Positions 48,069 through 52,173 of a stretch of DNA of 52,173 bases are shown here, piece by piece. Location: positions 1 to 52,173 of the forward strand of contig JABLTG010000144.1 in the NCBI GenBank assembly GCA_016618085.1. Direction: 5' to 3'. Both the position numbers and the translations under genes were made by a program. Source of the stretch: Neovahlkampfia damariscottae. Taxonomy: Eukaryota. Position 1 is the first letter of the stretch. The number at the start of each line of letters is the position of its first letter. The notes beneath the pieces were generated by a model, which was not told the DNA's origin, ran no database searches, and saw only the letters and a list, made by a program, of their open reading frames with translations.

Positions 48069-49517
48069 ATGAATAAAAGTACTTCTGAAGAAAGTAAAGA
48101 GACTTTACTTGTGGATGATTACAGAAATAAAATCTGGAAAGAAGGTTGGCTCATCAAAGAAGGTCAAAAAGTTAAAAATTGGAGAAAAAGGTAAAAATAA
48201 AAAACAAAACAACTTTAACTTTCAAGATATTTTGTCCTTCGAGGATCTAAACTTTATTATTTTAAAAATGATAAGAAATTAGATTCAGAGTTAAAAGGTA
48301 CCTTTGATATTTATGGTTGTGAAATAAAATATAGAGGAGAAAGAAAACAAACAAACGAAGAAGGATATGGTGGAGATTCAGATGATTCAGATGATGAAAG
48401 ACTTTTTAATTCAATACCTTCTACACCTTCTACACCAACAATATCTATTGAAAATGGAAATGAATTAAAGAATAGTACTAGTAATAGTAATGGTAATAGT
48501 GGTAGTGGTGGTAATGATAGTGGATTAAATTCATTCAAATATAAGTTTTCACTTGAAAATATTGATCGTATATTATATGTATGTGCAACTGAAATGGATG
48601 AAGTTAGATTATGGATAAAGAGTGTTCAAAATAGTATTAATGTTGAAAATTATTTTAAAGCATGTGAAAAACATGGAACTAAACCATTATTTGGAGTTGT
48701 AAAAGTATTAACTGATGATTCAGTTAAAACATTAATTGTTAAAGATGAATTATTTATTGTTGATTCTATTCAAGCATTATCAGATGTTATTAGTCGAAAC
48801 AAAGTTTTAAAAAAGATTAGTTTAATTAATTGTTATTTAACTGATAATATAATGAAAATTATTGGATGTGGAATTGCACAAAATGAAGAATTAACATGTT
48901 TAGATTTAACTAATAATAGAATATCTGATTATGGTATTATTGAATTATTTACAGCATTATATATTAATATTACAATTCAAGAAATTAATTTATCTGGAAA
49001 TAATATTTCAGATGAAGGTTCATATCATTTATCAGAATTATTAAGAGCAAATATATCATTAACATCAGTTGATTTATCAAATAATTTTATTCAAAAAGAA
49101 GGATGTCAATATATTTCATCTTCTTTGACTGATTCTTCTTTAGTTGAATTAAATTTAGGAAATAATAATATTGGTGATGAAGGTGCAAAATATTTATCAG
49201 ACGGATTAAAAAATAATAAATCATTAAGAAAATTAGGTTTACAAAATAATCAAATTGGTTCAGAAGGTTTAACTTATTTATGTGACTCTTTTTCAAATAA
49301 TTCTTCATTGGAAGATTTAAATTTACAAGAAAATTTAATTGATGCAAAAGGTGTTATTTCTTTAGTAAATGTTTTAAAAGAACATAAAAATCTATCAAGA
49401 GTAGATTTAGGTAAAAATAAGAATATTGGTATTTCAGGTATTGCTGCTTTAGCTGAAGCATTAAAATCAAGATATCAAATTAGTAATTTAGTTATGACTA
49501 GAAATTTAAAAAAATAA
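48069..49517 (+). CDS. PH domain + RNI-like leucine-rich repeat protein
   Basis: PH: KEGWLIKEGQKVKNWRKRYFVLRGSKLYYFK...LYVCATEMDEVRLWIKSV. LRRs: LNLGNNNIGDEGAKYLSDGLKNNKSLRKLGL. Intron at 48191-48226. Confidence 0.9.
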
Positions 49518-49564
49518 AATAATTTATATTTTTCTCATTTTTTGAAAAAATCTAATTTATTTAT

Positions 49565-49595
49565 CCAATCAAACTTCTTGATTTTTTCGTCCAAT
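49565..49595 (+). promoter_or_regulatory. Tandem CCAAT boxes upstream of RPL21
   Basis: TCCAATCAAA occurs twice (CCAAT at 49565 and 49591). Confidence 0.7.
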
Positions 49596-49623
49596 CAAAT
49601 TTTTATTTAGACTTTAAACAAAA

Positions 49624-50112
49624 ATGCCACACTCATTCGGTAAAAGAGCAAGAACAAGAGATCTTTTTTCACGTCCATTCAGAAAACACGGACCAGTTCA
49701 TCTCTCACAATATTTACAAACATTCAAAGTTGGTGAATTTGTTGATGTTAAAGCAAACGGATCAATTCAAGCTGGTATGCCATATAAATTTTATCACGGA
49801 AAAACTGGAAAAATTTGGAATGTTACACCAAGAGCAGTTGGTGTTGTTGTTAATAAACAAGTAGGAAATAGAATTATCGCAAAAAAAATTCACGTTAGAG
49901 TTGAACACGTTCAAAAATCAGACTGTCAATTAGATTTAAAAAAACGTATGAAAGAATCAGAAGAAGTTAGAAAATTCAACAAAGAAAACCCAACTCAAAA
50001 AAAAAAACTTCCAAAAAGATCACCAAAACAACCTGATACAGGATTTACTTTAAGAATGAAACACAAAAAATTAGTTACAGTTGATCCAGTACCATATGAA
50101 ATCCTTGCTTAA
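49624..50112 (+). CDS. RPL21: 60S ribosomal protein L21 (eL21)
   Basis: Contains GKRARTRDLFSRPFRKHG, GMPYKFYHGKTG and KKIHVRVEHV. Confidence 0.98.
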   Translation: MPHSFGKRARTRDLFSRPFRKHGPVHLSQYLQTFKVGEFVDVKANGSIQAGMPYKFYHGKTGKIWNVTPRAVGVVVNKQVGNRIIAKKIHVRVEHVQKSDCQLDLKKRMKESEEVRKFNKENPTQKKKLPKRSPKQPDTGFTLRMKHKKLVTVDPVPYEILA

Positions 50113-50469
50113 ATAAACTTTTTTGGTTTCCGTTTTAAATATTTTTTTTTTAACTCTTCCAACTTGGGTTTGGCTATAATTCACATCAAATTATGCTGAT
50201 AATATAATAAAAGAATTATATTATTATTCACAATATATTTTTAATGTTGAGTTTATTAATGTTCATGCACATTGGGGTTTTGAGAATCAAATTTTTTGAA
50301 TTATTTTCATTGTTTTCTTCAAAAAACCAAATCTGCTGGAAAATGACTATGTCTGAGTTCTAATGTATTTGAAAATTCCTGTCTTCCATCCGTTACTCTG
50401 TTTTTTAAACGAGAAAATATCTTGATAGATTCTGTATGGAAACATCTAATACAAGTCAACTTTTCAACA

Positions 50470-50770
50470 TTCTTCAATTTATTCAAGTGATTTTCCAGAT
50501 ACAACAATAGCACATTTACTTTCTTTTTTTTTTTTTTCATTTTTTAGAAATTGTAAAATGGATTCTAATTCATGCTCCACTTATTGTAGTGTAACTTCAG
50601 ATCTCTCAATTTCATTTGCACATTGACAAATATTGATCGCAGTTTCTGAAATATCATCGGTAACAACCCATACTTGAAAAAAAATAACACTTTCATTGTC
50701 TTTTGGGATTATTTATATCAATTGTACGCTTTTCTTTTTCTCGATTTCCCTGTTATTCCTATCGAAGCAA
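50470..50770 (-). pseudogene. Decayed P4-type ATPase (flippase) fragment
   Basis: Minus strand reads IGITG.../QVWVVTDDISETAINICQC...LQ*...CAIVVSGKSLE*. Compare the P4-ATPase motifs KIWVLTGDKQETAINIG and ALVIDGKSL. Contains stops and a frameshift. Confidence 0.65.
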
Positions 50771-50789
50771 ATTTGATTGATTGACCTTT

Positions 50790-51362
50790 TTGAGAAATTG
50801 AAACAACATTTATATCATTCTGTAATTCTTTTGAAGCATATTCAAGAACAAAACCATTTACTGAAACAACTTTGAGAACAATTTCTTATCATTTTGAAAT
50901 ATTGAAGAACCTCCAGTAGAACCAAATCCTGATGTCTTTTTCATTTTTGAATTTTTGAGGAAGGTCCTCAAATACAAGCGAGGAAATTTCAGTCACCCAT
51001 TCTCTTCTCATTTTTCATCTTTTCAGAAACTCTTGAAATCAGGAGACCATTTTTTGAAACTGCTTCCAAAGCAAAATCAAAATCATTTTGAAGTTCTTTT
51101 GAAACAAAAAATAAGAGTCTCCTTTTGTGAAACTGCCAACATTGCTATTTCTTTCTCATTCCTAAATTCTGTTGGTATATTTTCAATTGCATCACTATCA
51201 TTTGAAATTGCAGCCAAAATAACATCTTTATAATTTCTCAATTCTATTGAAGCATATTTAATAGCAGGACCATACTTTGAAACAGCTAATAAAACAAGTT
51301 TTTTTGAATTTCTCATTTCTTCAGATTTCGTCTGTTTTAAATTCATACCACCTTTGTACATC
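50790..51362 (-). pseudogene. DUF4116 repeat pseudogene
   Basis: Repeats NSKKLVLLAVSKYGPAIKYASIELRNYKDVILAAI, VSKELQNDFDFALEAVSKNG and EIVLKVVSVNGFVLEYASKELQND lie in different frames, with frameshifts and stops. Confidence 0.75.
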
Positions 51363-51969
51363 GTTTTCAGGATTGTGATCCAATGATTGCAACCAAAGAT
51401 AATATAAAAGCACAGGAACCAAATTTGGATCATGGTGAATCTTAGGGTTAAAGGGGAATTTTTCAAAAAGAACTTTTTCCTTCTTCTCAATTTTTTTTCA
51501 ATAGTTTTCGGTATGAAGGGATTTTTGATGGAAAACTACAACAAACCCAAAAACTCTGTAAACCCAAGCCTTTGATTTATTTCCCTTTCAACAAAATAAT
51601 ACTCAGATGATCCTTATCAACCTCCACCATATCTCTTAATTTATTCCAAAGATCATTTGGTTTCAACTGTTCTGAACTTTATCAAATTTTATTAATTTTT
51701 GAAACAACTGCCTCTCAAACTAGTAAAATTGGAATCAGACAGAAAAAAATGAATGAAAAACGAAAAAGAAAATCAGTTACACATTCAACCAAAGCAACTC
51801 CATTTGTTACAACGGTCTTAAAGAAGTCAAACAACTAAGCCTAAGTCTAAAAAAAACCAAAAAACCACAATCTGCAAACAATCAAAAACAATTGTTTGTT
51901 TTAGTCAAAATAATATCTAATTTGGGAAACCATAAAACCTTCAAAATTAGTTTCTCAATTTGAATCATA

Positions 51970-52083
51970 GTGGTTTTGAGTTTTGAGGGTTTTTGGGTTT
52001 TGAAGGGTTTGAGGATTTTGGATATAACGGTTTGACGGTTTGGATTTTGGATTTTTGGGTTTGGATTTTTGGGTTTGGATTTT
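51970..52083 (+). repeat. Degenerate telomere-associated repeats (GGTTTTGAG, GGATTTT(T)GGGTTT variants)
   Basis: T3-5G2-3 variants grade into the telomere array. Confidence 0.85.
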
Positions 52084-52173
52084 TGGGTTTGGGGTTTGGG
52101 GTTTGGGGTTTGGGTTTGGGTTTGGGTTTGGGTTTGGGTTTGGGTTTGGGGTTGGGTTTGGGGTTGGGGTTGG
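52084..52173 (+). repeat. Telomeric array (TTTGGG)n with TTTGGGG and TTGGGG variants
   Basis: Tandem G-rich hexamers running 5'->3' to the end of the sequence. Confidence 0.92.

Noticed and set aside
48340..48535. Ser/Gly/Asn-rich insertion splitting the PH domain
   Set aside because: Low-complexity loop insertions in PH domains are common.

Overview
This is a very AT-rich, extremely compact eukaryotic (protist) chromosome end, using the standard genetic code. It holds about 37 intact-looking genes with mostly 25-45 nt GT-AG introns, frequent micro-exons and intergenic gaps of 1 to a few hundred bp. Genes include DECR2, an RWP-RK factor, RMI1, the ADP/ATP carrier, aconitase, copine, NDUFAF5, RPA43, Rpn2, AP-1 gamma, RWDD1, a WAC/WSD protein, ATG16L, C1D, TMA16, ITPK1 and RPL21. 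After RPL21 come a ~1.9 kb subtelomere with decayed P4-ATPase and DUF4116 fragments and a G-rich (TTTGGG)n telomere running to the window end. The family mix (DUF4116, RGS, RWP-RK) suggests a heterolobosean amoeba; this is inference only. The most notable observations are: (1) two back-to-back 34-nt introns with a zero-length exon in copine, plus a candidate nested intron, a 6-nt micro-exon and a GT-TG intron elsewhere; (2) a secreted DOMON domain fused to a Ctr copper transporter; (3) a mitochondrial LYR-motif/methyltransferase fusion; (4) a CCAAT box within ~65 nt of the start of 36 of 37 genes; (5) two apparent pseudoenzymes; (6) telomere-like hexamers inserted in frame in coding exons. Gene models and family calls come from manual reading and motif recall, not database searches.
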